NCBI RefSeq assembly: GCF_009914755.1 | Contig: NC_060925.1 | DNA: 64,000 nt | DNA from: the human T2T-CHM13v2.0 reference genome, Homo sapiens | Direction: 5' to 3' (one strand) | In this document: positions 28,448 to 41,716 of the stretch, piece by piece | How positions within the stretch are numbered: position 1 is the first letter of the stretch | Layout of the letters: each line of letters begins with the position of its first letter | Notes under the pieces: generated by a model | Seen by the model: only the letters and a program-made list of their open reading frames with translations | Databases searched by the model: none | Told to the model about the DNA's origin: nothing | Position numbers and translations under genes: made by a program

Positions 28448-29159
28448 TGTGCATGTGTCTTTATAGCAGCATGATTTATAGTCCTTTGGGTATATACCCA
28501 GTAATGGGATGGCTGGGTCAAATGGTATTTCTAGTTCTAGATCCCTGAGGAATCGCCACACTGACTTCCACAATGGTTGAACTAGTTTACAGTCCCACCA
28601 ACAGTGTAAAAGTGTTCCTATTTCTCCACATCCTCTCCAGCACCTGTTGTTTCCTGACTTTTTAATGATTGCCATTCTAACTATTCACAATAGCAAAGAC
28701 TTGGAACCAACCCAAATGTCCAACAATGATAGACTGGATTAAGAAAATGTGGCACATATACACCATGGAATACTATGCAGCCATAAAAAATGATGAGTTC
28801 ATGTCCTTCGTAGGGACATGGATGAAATTGGAAACCATCATTCTCAGTAAACTATCGCAAGAACAAAAAACCAAACACCGCATATTCTCACTCATAGGTG
28901 GGAATTGAACAATGAGATCACATGGACACAGGAAGGGGAATATCACACTCTGGGGACTGTGGTGGGGTCGGGGGAGGGGGGAGGGATAGCATTGGGAGAT
29001 ATACCTAATGCTAGATGACACGTTAGTGGGTGCAGCGCACCAGCATGGCACATGTATACATATGTAACTAACCTGCACAATGTGCACATGTACCCTAAAA
29101 CTTAGAGTATAATAAAAAAAAAATAATAAATAAATAAATAAAATGTAAAAAAAAAAAAA
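28448..29159 (+). mobile_element. L1HS pre-Ta, 5'-truncated with 5' inversion (twin priming)
   Basis: Inverted segment 28448-28682, sense segment 28680-29159; ACG diagnostic at 29020-29022 and G at 29105; 17-bp TSD agaaaataactacttct at 28431-28447 and 29160-29176. Confidence 0.95.
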
Positions 29160-29909
29160 AGAAAATAACTACTTCTACTAAATACTGTATAATTTTAAAC
29201 TTGCTGGTGAGAAGGACAAAAGCAGAAAAGAACCATATGGAGTGTGGAAGAGAAAGAGAACACATTAAAAAAAGAAAAAAAGTGGGTGATTCTGTTTCTA
29301 TGCTTATAAACTTATCTGAGGTGGAAAATAAAACCACACAAAAAGTTTCAAGATTTAGGACAATATGCTTTTTATATGAACCAATTTGAACATCTTTCTG
29401 ACACTCTTCAGAATTTGATTGAAATAATTGAATAATTAAAAAATTGAGAACATAACTATGGTTTCTCTAAAAGATATTGTATGAGAAACAATCAAAATTA
29501 TTGCAAGTTGTATTCTTTGTCAAATTACACTAAGCTGCACACAATGAAGACATATTAAATACTGCTGTTAAAAACTTAGTTTTTAATAAAGTCTCCTGCA
29601 CAAACAGTTAGCTTCAGGTTAGATTCTTTCTTTTCCTGATATGCAAGTTCTTTCCAAATAAACCTATTACTTATCATTTCCTAAGGCTGACAGATTTCGC
29701 AATAAAAATACAAAGCATTCAGTTAAATCTAATTACAGATACACAACAGATAATCTGCTAGTATTATTCATTGTCTATCAGAAAATCAAACCTAAATTGG
29801 TCAATCATATTTTATTCAGAAACTTTATAGTTAACACAAAATTACATAATTCCTACTCTGTGAAAATTAATTATTGGACAGCGTGATAGAAAAATAAAGT
29901 TTGAAAAAA

Positions 29910-30290
29910 ATGATCTTAGTTTGGCCTTTGCTGATTCAGTTCTTGAGACAGGGTTAGAGAACAGGTAGGGTACTTGGAGGTGATAGGTGATCCTAGGTAT
30001 CATGGGTTGGAGAATTTAGGAAAAGAGAGAAAGCAATTCAGATAGTAAGTTCTATGATCTGACAAGGTGCACTGGGGAAACGGGAGCTTGTACCTGTTGA
30101 GGATTCTGGGAGTCAGTGCAGAAGACTCCTCAGAGATATCTCACACAAGAAGTAAAGAGCCTGGGACATCCTTTTCTAGTTGAGGTCAGCTATAAGGGAT
30201 AGCAATTGTACAAGGTACATCCTGTTAGTAGAAACACTCAGGCAATTAGAATTTCAAACATAGTCAATGTCTTAATGGGGAAGACACAAA
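29910..30290 (-). mobile_element. Old ERVL-type LTR fragment
   Basis: ttcttgagacagggtt...ggaggtgat.ggtgatcctagg motif typical of LTR16/33/41-like elements; weak. Confidence 0.35.
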
Positions 30291-30861
30291 CAATATGCTC
30301 ACAGAATTAGAGCTAAGGTTGGTCATCTCACCTATACTTCAATCATCAACTCTAAGTCCCTGGAACACATTCACTTACAAGACATCATCACAATTCCGTA
30401 TTATTACCCAATTTGGCTTTAGTCACTCCTACCATTTAGTTATGTTCCCAATTTCACATAGACCTTTCAAACTGTTTAAATATTGTTTTATCTCTTCAAC
30501 CAAGTCAATCAATGGTATAAACAGAACCTTTGTCTTTTCTGTTCTTTTGCTCATGTCATTTTACTTGCCTAGGATTTTTTTCTTTTAATTTTTCCTGAAT
30601 TCATTCTTCAAATTCTAGTCCTTCCATGAAGTGTTTCTCAGATCTTATGCCTACATGATGGAAACAGGAAAAGACAATATATATGTTGGTATTTGCTCTG
30701 TTTGGGTTGTACATATCTAAGTATCCAGAGGGAATCAGAATATTCCATGACTAAAGCTGAGTTGACAACTTCAAAAAGACAGATATATCAAAGCCAGGAG
30801 CAACAATTCCCCTCTAAAGTTGTTTAGACAGATTTTTGAGATTGAGCTTCCTTGTTCTTGG

Positions 30862-31334
30862 TATATATGCTATTAATTTTCTGTGGCTAATGTAAAAAAC
30901 AAACAAAAACCCCAAAAACTTGGTGGCTTAAGACATCAGAAATTTAGTATCTTACAGTTCTGGAAGCCAGAAATCCAAAATCAGTTTTACTGGGGCAAAA
31001 ATCAAGGTGGGAACAGGCCCATGCTCCTACAGGAAGCTCTAAGCTCTTTGTTTCTTCCTTCTTCCTTCTGCTAGCTTCAACAGTCTTTGGTTTGTGGCCT
31101 GAAGACTCTCATGTCTGCCTTCGTGGTCATAGTGCCTCCTCCTCTTTCATGCATAATCTATCTCTGAGGCTCTAAGAATAGTTGTGATTGCATTTACGGA
31201 CTATAAAACAGGATATTTCCATCCCATGATCATTAACAGTCACCTCTGCAAAGACCTTTTTTTCCATATGAGAAAACATTTTTTTCAGGGATTAGAAGCT
31301 GGTATTTTTGAGGGCTATTATTCAGCCTACTACA
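30862..31334 (-). mobile_element. MLT1 (MLT1D-like) MaLR solo LTR
   Basis: cttggtggcttaagacatcagaaattt..tcttacagttctggaagccagaaatccaaaatc...tattattcagcctactaca. Confidence 0.8.
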
Positions 31335-31589
31335 ATTTTTGGACAAATTGAGCATGTACCTTTCCTCTTTTTATTTTTGCTATTTAAACTTTCACAGAAC
31401 ATTGTATAGTTTGATTTTAAAATATTTGTCTCATTCAATTGACAAAATAATTTGTCTCTTGACAAATATTTTGTCAGAGAAGAGCCTGGATGTTACCTCT
31501 GTATTTCCTGTATGTACTGTTATGCTGGGCACATGGAGAGACTAAAAAATTATAGTGGAGTTAGTATCATTAATGTTAAATGGTCATAT

Positions 31590-32975
31590 TGGGTCTGGAG
31601 TTGGTGGGTTCTTGCTCTTGCTGAGTTCAAGAATGGAGCGGCAGACCCTCGTAGTGAGTGTTACAGTTCTTAAAGATGGTGTGTCCGGAATTTGTTCCTT
31701 CTGATGTTCGGACATGTTCGGTTTTTTCCTTCTGGTGGGTTCATGGTCTCACTGGCTTCAGGGGTGAAACTTCAGACCTTCGCGGTGAGTGTTACAGCTC
31801 TTAATGCGGTGCGTCTGGAGTTGTTCATTCCTTCCATCCGCAGTTATACATTCCTCCTGGTGGGTTTGAGGTCTCACTGGCCTCAGGAGTGAAGCTGCGG
31901 CCCTTTGCACTGAGTGATACAGCTCATAAAGGCAGGGCAGACCAAAACAGCAGCAGCAAGACTTATTGCAAAGAGCCAAAGAACAAAACTTCCACACTGT
32001 GGAAAGCGACCCTAGCAGGTTGGTGCTGGTGACTCGGGCAGCCTCCTTTTATTCCTTTATCTGGCCCCACCCACATCCTGCTGATTGGTCCATTTTACAG
32101 ACAGCTGATTGGTCCATTTTACAGATAGCTGATTGGTCCATTTTGACAGAGCGCTGATTGGTGTGTTTACAATTCCTGAGCTAGACACAGAGTGCTGATT
32201 GGTGCATTTACAATCCTCTAGCTAGACATAAAAGTTCTCTAAGTCCCCACCAGATTAGCTAGAAAGGGAGTGCTGATTGGTGCATCCACAAACCTCCAGC
32301 TAGACACAGAGTGCGGATTGGTGCATTTACAATCCTCTAGCTTGACATAAAAGTTCTCCAAGTCCCCACTGGACTCAGGAGCCCAGCTGGCTTCGCCTAG
32401 TTGATCCCATGCCAGGGCCATGGGAGGAGCTGCCCATCAGTCCTGCGCCAGGCGTCTGCATTCCTCAGCCCTTGGGTGATCAATGGGACCGGGCGCCCTG
32501 GAGCAGAGGGCAGCGCCCATCGGGGAGGCTCGGGCTGTGCCAGAGCCCACCAGTGGTGGGGGCGCTCAGGCATGGCGGGCTGCAGGTCCTGAGCCCTGCC
32601 CCGCAGGGAGGCGGCTGAGGCCTGATGAGAATTCGAGTGTGGCGTGGGCGGGCTGGCAGTGCTGGGGGACCCAGCACCCTCTGCAGCTGCTGGCACCGGT
32701 GCTAAGCCCCTCACTGCCCGGGGCCAGCGGTGCCGGCCAGCCACTCCGAATGCAGGGCCCACCCGGCCTGCGTACAGCCCCGGTTCCTGCCCACGCCTCT
32801 CCCTCCACACCTCCCGGCAAGCAGAAGGAGCCGGCTCTGGCCTCAGCCAACCCAGAGAGGGGCTCCCACAATGCAGCTATGGGCTGAAGGGCTCCTCAAG
32901 CGTGGCGAGGGTGGACGCCAAGGCCAAGGAGGCGCCAAGAGCGAGCAAGGCCTGCTAGCACGTTGTCACCTCTCA
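31590..32975 (-). mobile_element. LTR12 family (ERV9) solo LTR, LTR12D/E-like
   Basis: Termini tgagaggtgacaacgtgctagc... and ...ccagaccca on the minus strand; GC-rich U3, gctgattgg repeats, U5 gtgagtgttacagctc repeats; 4-bp TSD atat. Confidence 0.95.
32045..32325 (-). promoter_or_regulatory. LTR12 U3 enhancer/promoter: 7 CCAAT (NF-Y) boxes plus AATAAA TATA-equivalent
   Basis: gattgg at about 32083, 32107, 32131, 32156, 32197, 32275 and 32316; ttttatt at 32047-32053. Activity not shown. Confidence 0.65.
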
Positions 32976-34559
32976 ATATGATTGTGTCCATTTATTTTCT
33001 TTCTCTCTCTACTCTCACTGTTTCTTGGAGTTTAAAAACAATGACATAGCATTTTCCTGCCCTTGAAACACAAGTAATATTGTAATTTGAGTTTTTTCCA
33101 GCCAGTTTTACAGATTAGTCTTAATTTCCTCATTATATGGTGTACAATGTAGTGACTCATCAGGTTTTGGCTTGTATTCTACAATCATAATATGATTATT
33201 ACTGGGTGTTCTGTAAACTGCTATCTATGCTATCATCTGCTGTTAATGTCAGCTATCACATCCAATCTTTCAGTCCTGAGGCAAGTTAAAAGGAGCAAAT
33301 CATTAAGCCTTTCTTTGCTTTAGTTTCTTTCTACTTTAAGTTGCTTAATAATATCACAAGGATATTTGCGGGACTCAAATAAACTGTATGCTCTTAACTA
33401 AAAATTGTACAAATAAAGTTACCTCTACTATTCCTATCATTAATAATACCATCTGGGGTTCTATCCCCTTGTCTACTTAATGTCTCTGGGCGTTTTAGTA
33501 TTTTATGCACTATTGTAAAGCCAGGTGGGATATGCAGACTATCCACATATTTGATTTTATTATCCTGGTTTATTATGACAACTGCTTATTATATGTATTC
33601 TCAGAGATTTCTTTTTTAACATTTTGGGTTCTCTCTGTAATAATAAGGAATAGCCATAAATATATTTTTTCTCACATTGTATTTTTTTTAGCTGAGTAGA
33701 TAATAGGGCATATCATTTTCAGACTAAAGTCTCTTCCTCTTTCTCTGACTTTTCATAAAGTAGAACAGCAGATCCCAGCTCCAACATGCTGAGGGATAAC
33801 CCACTTTTCTCTCAGTAACAAGGTCTTACCAAGACCCTGATCCACAGTAAGAGGCAGTTCTTGATCTACGGGAAATATGTACAATTGGAGATTAACTTTG
33901 GCAAATACTTTTCTTTTAAGAGGCAAATTTTTATGGCCAGCCTGTTACAGGGCAAATAACTCTAATTAGGTCAGCTCCATATCTAAAACATATAATGCTC
34001 TCTCAAATCTTTGTGGCATGAGTAAATTATCAAAACCTAGTAAAAAAAAAAGCAGTTAAGAAATGAAAGACAAATTTGGAGAGGATTCTTTAAGTTATAG
34101 ACAATTTAGTCTGGCAGTAACAATGATAATGGTTGAAGAACATCCTAGCCAAAATGTAGCATAAATATCCCTGGTGCAAGGCACATGGTGGTTATTTAAT
34201 TATTTCACTCATGAATAAAAAAGAAAAGAATCAATATTAAAGAGTTATTTAGAAATAAAGGTAGTTGATGAAATAGAAAACATTTCTTTGTAATTTTGCA
34301 AAAGTAGTAGAGAAGGATCACATAGAAATCTAAAAGCATTAGCTTGCTTTATGCCCAGTCTCTCAAGCATATGGTTTCAAAAATTCATTTCTAATCTAGA
34401 TGAGAACAACTTCTCTATCCATCTCTTCTACTTAACTTCTCGGGAAAAGTGGATGATGAAGTAAAATAAAATGTACAGACTAATATTCTTCAGGTAATTC
34501 TCAGTGGGAAGCACCTACATCATATCAATTTTGTCATCTGTTGGGAGAGGAAGAGATCT

Positions 34560-35453
34560 CTTGTTAAATTAAACACAGAAATGTTCTGATGAACAATTAG
34601 AATTAGTAATTAAATTTAGTACTATTGCTGGATGTAGTTCAATACAAAATATCAATTTAATTTTTATAAATAAGCAAAATATTTTAAAAGTGTGAAAAGA
34701 TAACATTTGCTATAGAATAAAAAATTAAATTTCTAGGATTAAATCTAATGAAAGATGTGCAAGATCTTGTTACTAAAAGCCAATTCATGTATGTGTGTAC
34801 ACACACATGTGTGTGTATATATTCATATTTACATTAAAGAAGACCTAAAATACAGAAATAACTTACAGTCATGAATTTGAATAAAAATATTATAATTATG
34901 TCAGTTTCCCCCAATTGATCTATAACACAAAATCATTGAAACTCCAAAAAGTTGTACATCTGTGTATAAATCAGTATCTTATTATAGAAAATTATATGAA
35001 ACCAAATGCCCTAGTAAATTTAGGGGAGTCTTGAAGAAGAAGGAGTTAACTAAAAGAATATATATTTTCAGCTATCTATGTATATACATACATTTGTGTA
35101 TATATGTACACATTACCATATATACACATATAACATATATGTGTATATATATACATTACCATATTATATATAAAATATGTATATATTGCACACATACAAG
35201 GAACAATATATTTATAACATATGGGCATGTATTGTTGTGTATATATGTATATAATAAATAAAGAAATTAAGAAACTGTGATACTACTCCAAGGATAGATA
35301 TATTTATCAATGACAGAGTAGAGAGTACAGAAAAAGATCCATACATGTATGATCGTTTGATTTATAAAAAGGGTAACGACACAACACAATTGATAAAAAT
35401 TGTCTCTTTACCAAACGTACTAAGTCAATTGGATATTAAAATGTAGAATATAT

Positions 35454-35498
<45 letters not shown>

Positions 35499-36560
35499 GA
35501 CCTGAACTTCAAACCTTACACAAAAGTCAATTCCAGTATTTCAGGCGTAAACGTAAAAGGTAAACCAATAAAGCTTTTAGAAGAAAAAACAAGACAACTT
35601 TCTTAAGTTGCAGTAGGCAAAAATTCCTAAATTTCTCTTACCTCGCCCCCCACAACCCCCGGCTATACGATGTAAAATCACAAGTAATTATAAAGAAAAA
35701 AAAATGGAGTATATCAGAATTAATAATGTGTTTCCATGAAAAGATCTAATTAGATCAGTGAAAAGGCTAAATACATAGTGTGGATGAGGTATTTGCAGTA
35801 CACACTCCTAACAAAATCTTTGAATATAGAATATATGTCATAAAAATTAATAAACATTTAATTGATAAATAGAAAAAGCAGGCAAAAGATTAAGCAGGCA
35901 CTTAACAAAGTAATATATCAAGATGCCCATTATATCTTTGAAAATGTACTGCACTTTATTAATTAGAAAAGAAATACAAATTCAAACCACAATGTGACAC
36001 TGCTACATAGCCACCAGAATGCTTGCAATTAAAAAGAAAAAAAAGCAAATAGGTAAGAAGGTGGAGCAACCAGCACTATTTTCCCCAGCTGGTGAGTGTT
36101 TACATTGATAATATCTCTCTGGAAAACTGGTAGTCTGAGTCTCTGTTAAAGCTATCAAATCTACTTCTGGCTATGTATCTTACAGCAATGCCTATAAGGG
36201 TTGACCAAAATACATACACGGAAATGCTTATTTCCCCAAACTGGAGGCACGTGCAACAGATAAATTTCAAGCCTAATATTAAACTAAAGAAGCTAGACAC
36301 GAAAGAGTTCACATTTTGTAATTCCATGTACATAAATTTCATATATCTATGGTGTGAGAAATAAGGATAAAGGTTATCCTTGGCAGGATACTTACTGCAC
36401 AAAACCCAAGGGCCCTTCATGAATGCTGATTATGTTCTGTTTCTTTAAGGTGCACTGGTTGCACAGGGATATTTACTTTGGAAAAGCCATGGACCTATTT
36501 AAGTATGGTATGTGCATTTTTTCATTTTGTGTATGTTTGCTAAAATTAAATATATTTAGA
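34560..36560 (+). mobile_element. Old L1ME ORF2 3' part and 3'UTR, with embedded TA/CA repeats
   Basis: aaatctaatgaaagatgtgcaagatct; attcaaaccacaatgtgacactgctac..ccaccagaatg; L1ME-like 3'UTR. Confidence 0.7.
35456..35496. repeat. (CA)~20 microsatellite
   Basis: Perfect run. Confidence 0.97.
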
Positions 36561-37641
36561 AACAGGCATTGAAATGTTTATTCTGACATAAGAAAAGAAA
36601 ACTTGAACTTTTAGTGTAAGCCTTTATGTAGGTCAGCATTTCCCAATGTATTTGAGATTATGATAATAGGAAATAAACTGACTAGAACTGAAAAGGAAAT
36701 AAACTGACTCTAGTTGACAGATTTATTGTTATGTGTTTTAGCAGAAAGTGTAGCTAGTCAAATGTCATGATTTTGATCCATTTTAAAATAGACTGTAGAC
36801 TCTGATCCTTTTGCATAAAACTAAATAATAAAAAGGGGAAGACTCATATTGATCACTTAATAATCTTTATGCACTTAAAAGTTTGTAGGATTAGACTTAA
36901 TTGCTTAATGTAATGATCTTTTCTAAATCTTTATCATACTTGATTTTTCTGCAGCTATATATTATAGCACTCTTATTTTCTTTTCACTTTTCTGACTGTT
37001 ATTCTTAAGACTCTTCTTGCTATGTTTCTGCCAGTCACGTCTTAAGTTCAGTATAAGAATTCCCAGGGGTTTGCCTTCAGCCGATATTCTTTTTCACTCT
37101 GAACGATCTCACTAGACAATTTTACACCTTACCATAGCTTCATACTTATACAAAATGCAGCAATTTGCATTGATTTCTCTGAATATTCCTTTACACTTGA
37201 GACTTGTATTTGTCACTGCCTGTTAAGCAACCTTATTCTCCCAGCAACTAAATAAAACATTTTCAAAGTTGAATTTATTCCGTGCCTGCTTACTGTGTCA
37301 AAATGTTTTTGATGCTAAACTCTCCTTTATCATCCATGTCAATTGCCAAATCATATCAGCTCTTTCATATAAGCTCTCTTCTTTTTTATTCCCAATTCTA
37401 CTGTCCTAGTTTAGGTTCTCATTACCTTAATTCAATTCAAATCATCTATCATCTATTAATTATTTACTGTGTGGTAAGAGCTGTGCAAGGCACTAAAGAC
37501 ACTGAGATGAAAAAAATAGTACTTGAACTTTTGTACAGTCTCTTGTGGGAGAGTACAAAAGTAATTATAAAATGTTTTCAGTATAATTCAAAAGTTATGG
37601 GTGCTAAGTGAGCACATACTAGGGACACCAATTTCATAATA

Positions 37642-37869
37642 TAGGGTTTTATCTCACACTCAGAACTAATGACATTTCTAGCCAGATGATTTGTTTTATG
37701 CAGGGGATCTGTTTAATATACATAGCACATTATTTCAGCATCCCTGACCCCTATTCACTAGATGCCAGGAGCACCCCACCCCTAGATGTGGAAACCACAA
37801 ATGTTCCCAGATGTTATCACACGTCTCCTAGGATGAGAGGAGAGAATTGCCCCACATACGAAACACTGC
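37642..37869 (+). mobile_element. MER20 (hAT-Charlie)
   Basis: cagcatccctgacccctattcactagatgccaggagcacccc...caaatgttcccagatgtt...gaaacactg. Confidence 0.8.
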
Positions 37870-38169
37870 CCTAGCATAACACCTATTTTCTCCTATAAAC
37901 CTCAGGCCTTTCCAACATATCCTTTTAAATATTCATAACATTCTTTCTCTGAATTCCACTAAAGATGATCCATTACCTAATAAATAAAGAAAAAAAAACC
38001 TCTGAGCATGACTGTCTGTTCAACCCCAACATACCTTTCTGGTCCCAACATCAAGTACATCCTTTTCTTCAGTCAATGATTGTTTTAGTTCTAGATTTTT
38101 ATTTTTTTTCTAAGCATGCTGCCAACTCTCCACAGGTCGTATGCCTATCCACTGAGATGCTATGCCACG

Positions 38170-38315
38170 GTGACACTGAACAAGTTATTTTACTTTTCAA
38201 TTGCTCATATCTTCACCTTTACTATAGAAATCAGAATAATAACAATTTTATAAGAGGTTGTAAAGATCAAAAGAAATAATGCAAGTAAAGATAGTAATAA
38301 ATATCAATAAATTAT
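38170..38315 (+). mobile_element. MIR
   Basis: gtgacactgaacaagttattttac...ggttgtaaagatcaaaagaaataatgcaagtaaag. Confidence 0.6.
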
Positions 38316-38895
38316 AATTTACATTCTGATCCCTGATTTATCAACTGTTGATATTATCCTTCGTGGCCTCTCTCATGTGATGCCTTCTTTACCTACCCCC
38401 TGCCACTGAAATTAGTCATTTATTTTTCCATATAAATGATGATAACACACCTTGTTTTTAATTATTTCATTTCATTTCAGTTTCTTATTATGCATATTCC
38501 CTATTATTCCACAAGGTCCTCTTAGGTCATATTTTGTTAACCTTTGCCATATCCTCGTGCCAATCTAAGTGTACTACACAGAATAAATACTGTAATATTT
38601 ACTAAAATTAGTGCTGTGAGAAACCATACTATTGAAAAAGCATGTTTTGAAGTACAATAGTGTATTATACTTATTAGAAACAACTGATTATTCTTGACAG
38701 TTTCGCAAGGCTGATATTTATTTTACTAATTTACAGGTGCATAATCTAAACCTTAGTGAAAAATTATAAGCTTAAGTCCATATTCCTAATAATTTCAAAC
38801 CTATCTGTGCTCTGTTTCCAAAATGTGTGATTTTTAGTTACATTGTGCTGTTGCTCAATATAAAATTTGTATGTTGATGTTTGATCCATTTAGAA

Positions 38896-39085
38896 CAACA
38901 TTGTTCAATAAAATATCATGTGAACCATATATTTAAAATGTGAAACTTTCTAGTAGCCACATTTAAAAGGTAGTAAAACAGGTAAAGTTATTTTTAATAA
39001 TATATTTTATTCAACCCAATATATATAAAATGTTATTTAACATATAATCTATAATATTATGAGTAAGATATTTATACCCTTCTTT
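38896..39085 (+). mobile_element. MER33 fragment (hAT-Charlie)
   Basis: ttctagtagccacatt..aaacaggtaaagttatttttaataatatattttattcaacccaatatat. Confidence 0.8.
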
Positions 39086-39619
39086 AAAATACATTATTTT
39101 CCATTGCAATTAAGGACAATGTTATGACATATTTTTACCAATTAATTAAAAATAGAATTTATTGTATGGCACTTCTGAATAATAATTTAATGGTAGCTGA
39201 TGGAGCTGACATGAGGCATTTCATTCTTTATCCTTACCTTCTATATGTAACTGAAAGTGAAAAAACAATCACAAACAGAAACAAAAACAACAGAGAGCTC
39301 TTCCATAGCATCTCTGATGCGTTGCACAAATGCAAAACCTAATTATCTTAGATGTCTGTGTATATGATAAAACAAAAACATTTAATTTTGTAACTGCTAT
39401 TGGAGATTGTTGGTTTGATTGTTGTTACTGCAGCGAAACCCAAACATTTAGTGAAAAGGAAGGTGCCATATGAACAGAGAGACTCAATCACTCGTGCCTT
39501 CATTTGTCTCATAAGGAAACAAGACAAGTGAAGCATAAGTGAAGAAAGTTCTAGGCAGAGGAAACTGCAGTTAAAAAGACCTGAGAGTGGGAGGGAATTG
39601 AAAGTAGAATGTACTGAAG

Positions 39620-40090
39620 TGTTCTAGTTACTGATGCCATGTAATGAACTTCCCCAAATCTTAGTGGTATAAAAAATAACAATCACTTATTTTGTTCACA
39701 GATCTTTAATTTGGACAACTCTTAGTGGGGATGACTCATCTCTGCTTTATGAGGAATTAATTGGAATGGCTAATTAAGGGCTAGAGCACTTATGTTCAAG
39801 ATGACTCACTCACATATGAGAACTCAGTTAGGACCATGGGCCATGTGTCAGTTCCTCAATATGTGGGCTTTTTCATGCACTATTTCCGTTTCCTTGCAGT
39901 TTGATGGCCTGGTTTTAAGAGTGAATGTTTTAAGAAAATTAGGAAAAAATTGTATTGCTTTTAGTGACTAAACTTGGAGATCACATAGCAACATTTCTGC
40001 TCTAGTCATACTTCTATCCAGATTTTAAGGAAAGAAAACAGATTTCACTTTTTGATTGGGAGAAATGTCAAGTCACCTTATGAAAAAATA
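39620..40090 (-). mobile_element. MLT1 (G/H-like) LTR
   Basis: ccccaaatcttagtggtataaaa..aacaatc..ttattttgttcacagatct...gttcaagatgactcactcacat. Confidence 0.65.
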
Positions 40091-40103
40091 AATGAAATTA
40101 GAA

Positions 40104-40382
40104 TTTTTTAAAACTTCAAGTTCTGGGACACATGTGCTGAATGTGCAGGTTTGTTACATAGGTATACACGTGCCATGGTGGTTTGCTGCACTCATCAACC
40201 CACCATCTAGGTTTTAAGCCCCACATGCATTAGGTGTTTGTCCTGATGCTATCCCTCTCCTTGCCCCCGACCCCCCGATAGGCCCTGGTGTGTGATGTTC
40301 CTCTCCCTGTGTCCATGTGTTCTCGTTGTTCAACTCCCACTTATGAGTGAGAACATGCAGTGTTTGGTTTTCTGTTCCTGTG
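40104..40382 (-). mobile_element. L1PA8-like 3' end fragment
   Basis: gtgccatggtggtttgctgcac..atcaaccc..catctaggttttaagccccacatgcattagg. Confidence 0.88.
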
Positions 40383-40459
40383 CTGAAGCCAGTATTGGAA
40401 ATACAATTTGCAACATGAGAAAGAAAAATAATATATGCATGATGAGAACTGAATGCAAC

Positions 40460-41610
40460 AATTATTTGTTAAGTATTTGCCATGAGTTAGATACCTTTTT
40501 AGGCACTAGTAATATAGAAGTAAACAGAAGAGACAAAAATAACTTTCCTTCATTATATATTTTTTATCCTATTGAAATGAGTGGAGAGAAGAGTGATAAG
40601 ATACGAAGTTAGATAAAGACAGAGCATTGTAGACCATGTTAAGAAATTTAGATTTTGTTGTCAGTATTATAGCATTTTTTTTTACAGGGATGTGATGTGG
40701 CCTTACTTATATTTTCCAAGTATCACTCTGGCTGCCCTGTGAGGAGAAAACAGAAGGGTTGGGGGAGGGGTGTGGAAATACCAAATGCAGTTAGGAGAAG
40801 AATGCAGCATTCGAAGCAAAAGGTGATGAGGTGATGGTGGCTGGGTCCAAGGTGGTACAAGTGGATATGGCAAGAAGATTCAAGATATATTTTGATGGCA
40901 GATGCAAAATTTAAATTTTTAGATTGGATGTCTCCTCTGAAAGTTAGACAATAATTAAGGGCGATTTCTAGCTACCATTATACTTGGAGAAAGTAGGCAA
41001 TAAACAAGAAATTTAAGTAAATCTGTAGTATTAAGTGGTATCAAGATACTACAACTTGAAATTGAGTAGTTAGGGAAGGACTCACTGAGAAGGTGAATAG
41101 AATAAAGATCAAGAGATGTGGAAGCGAGTGATGCTGTTACATGAGGGAAGACATACAAAAAAGGAGATACATCATTTGCAAATGCTGTGAAGCAAAACAA
41201 TGTCTGGACTATTCTAGGAAGAGTAAGGAAACAGGTTGGCAGGACCTAGGGACAAGGAGGATGTTTGATCATGAAAGGCCACAATGTTCAGGGCCATATC
41301 ATACAGTGGGTCTTACAGGTTCATGGAAGGACTTTATCTTTTATTTTGAATGAAATAGAAGGTTCTTAATTGGGAGGTGATACAAAGATAATTTATGTTT
41401 AATAAGATCACTTAATTTCCTGTAATAAGAATTGAATAAGGTGGGGGAAAGGGTGGTAGTACAGAGACCAGTGAAGAGGCTGTTACTGTATTTTAGATAA
41501 TTTTGCAAATTAATTACTTGGATGCTAGCTTGAGTGGAGGAGATGGTAAGAGGTGGATACACACCTTAGATTGTTTGGGGATATGAAAGAGAGGGGAGTC
41601 AGGTATCACC
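40460..41610 (-). mobile_element. L2 fragments
   Basis: atttgttaagtatttgccatg...; gatcactctggctg; gagaccagtgaagaggctgtt. Confidence 0.6.
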
Positions 41611-41716
41611 CACATGGGTTTCCTATTTAGATCTACCTTAGGGAGGTTTACACACAATTTGGTGTTTTAAATTTCCTGCTTTTTATTTGTTCTGAAAATA
41701 TTATGTAGCTATTTGC

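Noticed and set aside
32081-32340. Repeat-spacer-like array resembling CRISPR
   Set aside because: These are the known LTR12 U3 tandem subrepeats; the sequence is human and has no cas genes.
32397-32981. Many overlapping ORFs up to 137 aa in a CpG-island-like block
   Set aside because: All lie within the GC-rich U3 of LTR12, where stop codons are scarce.
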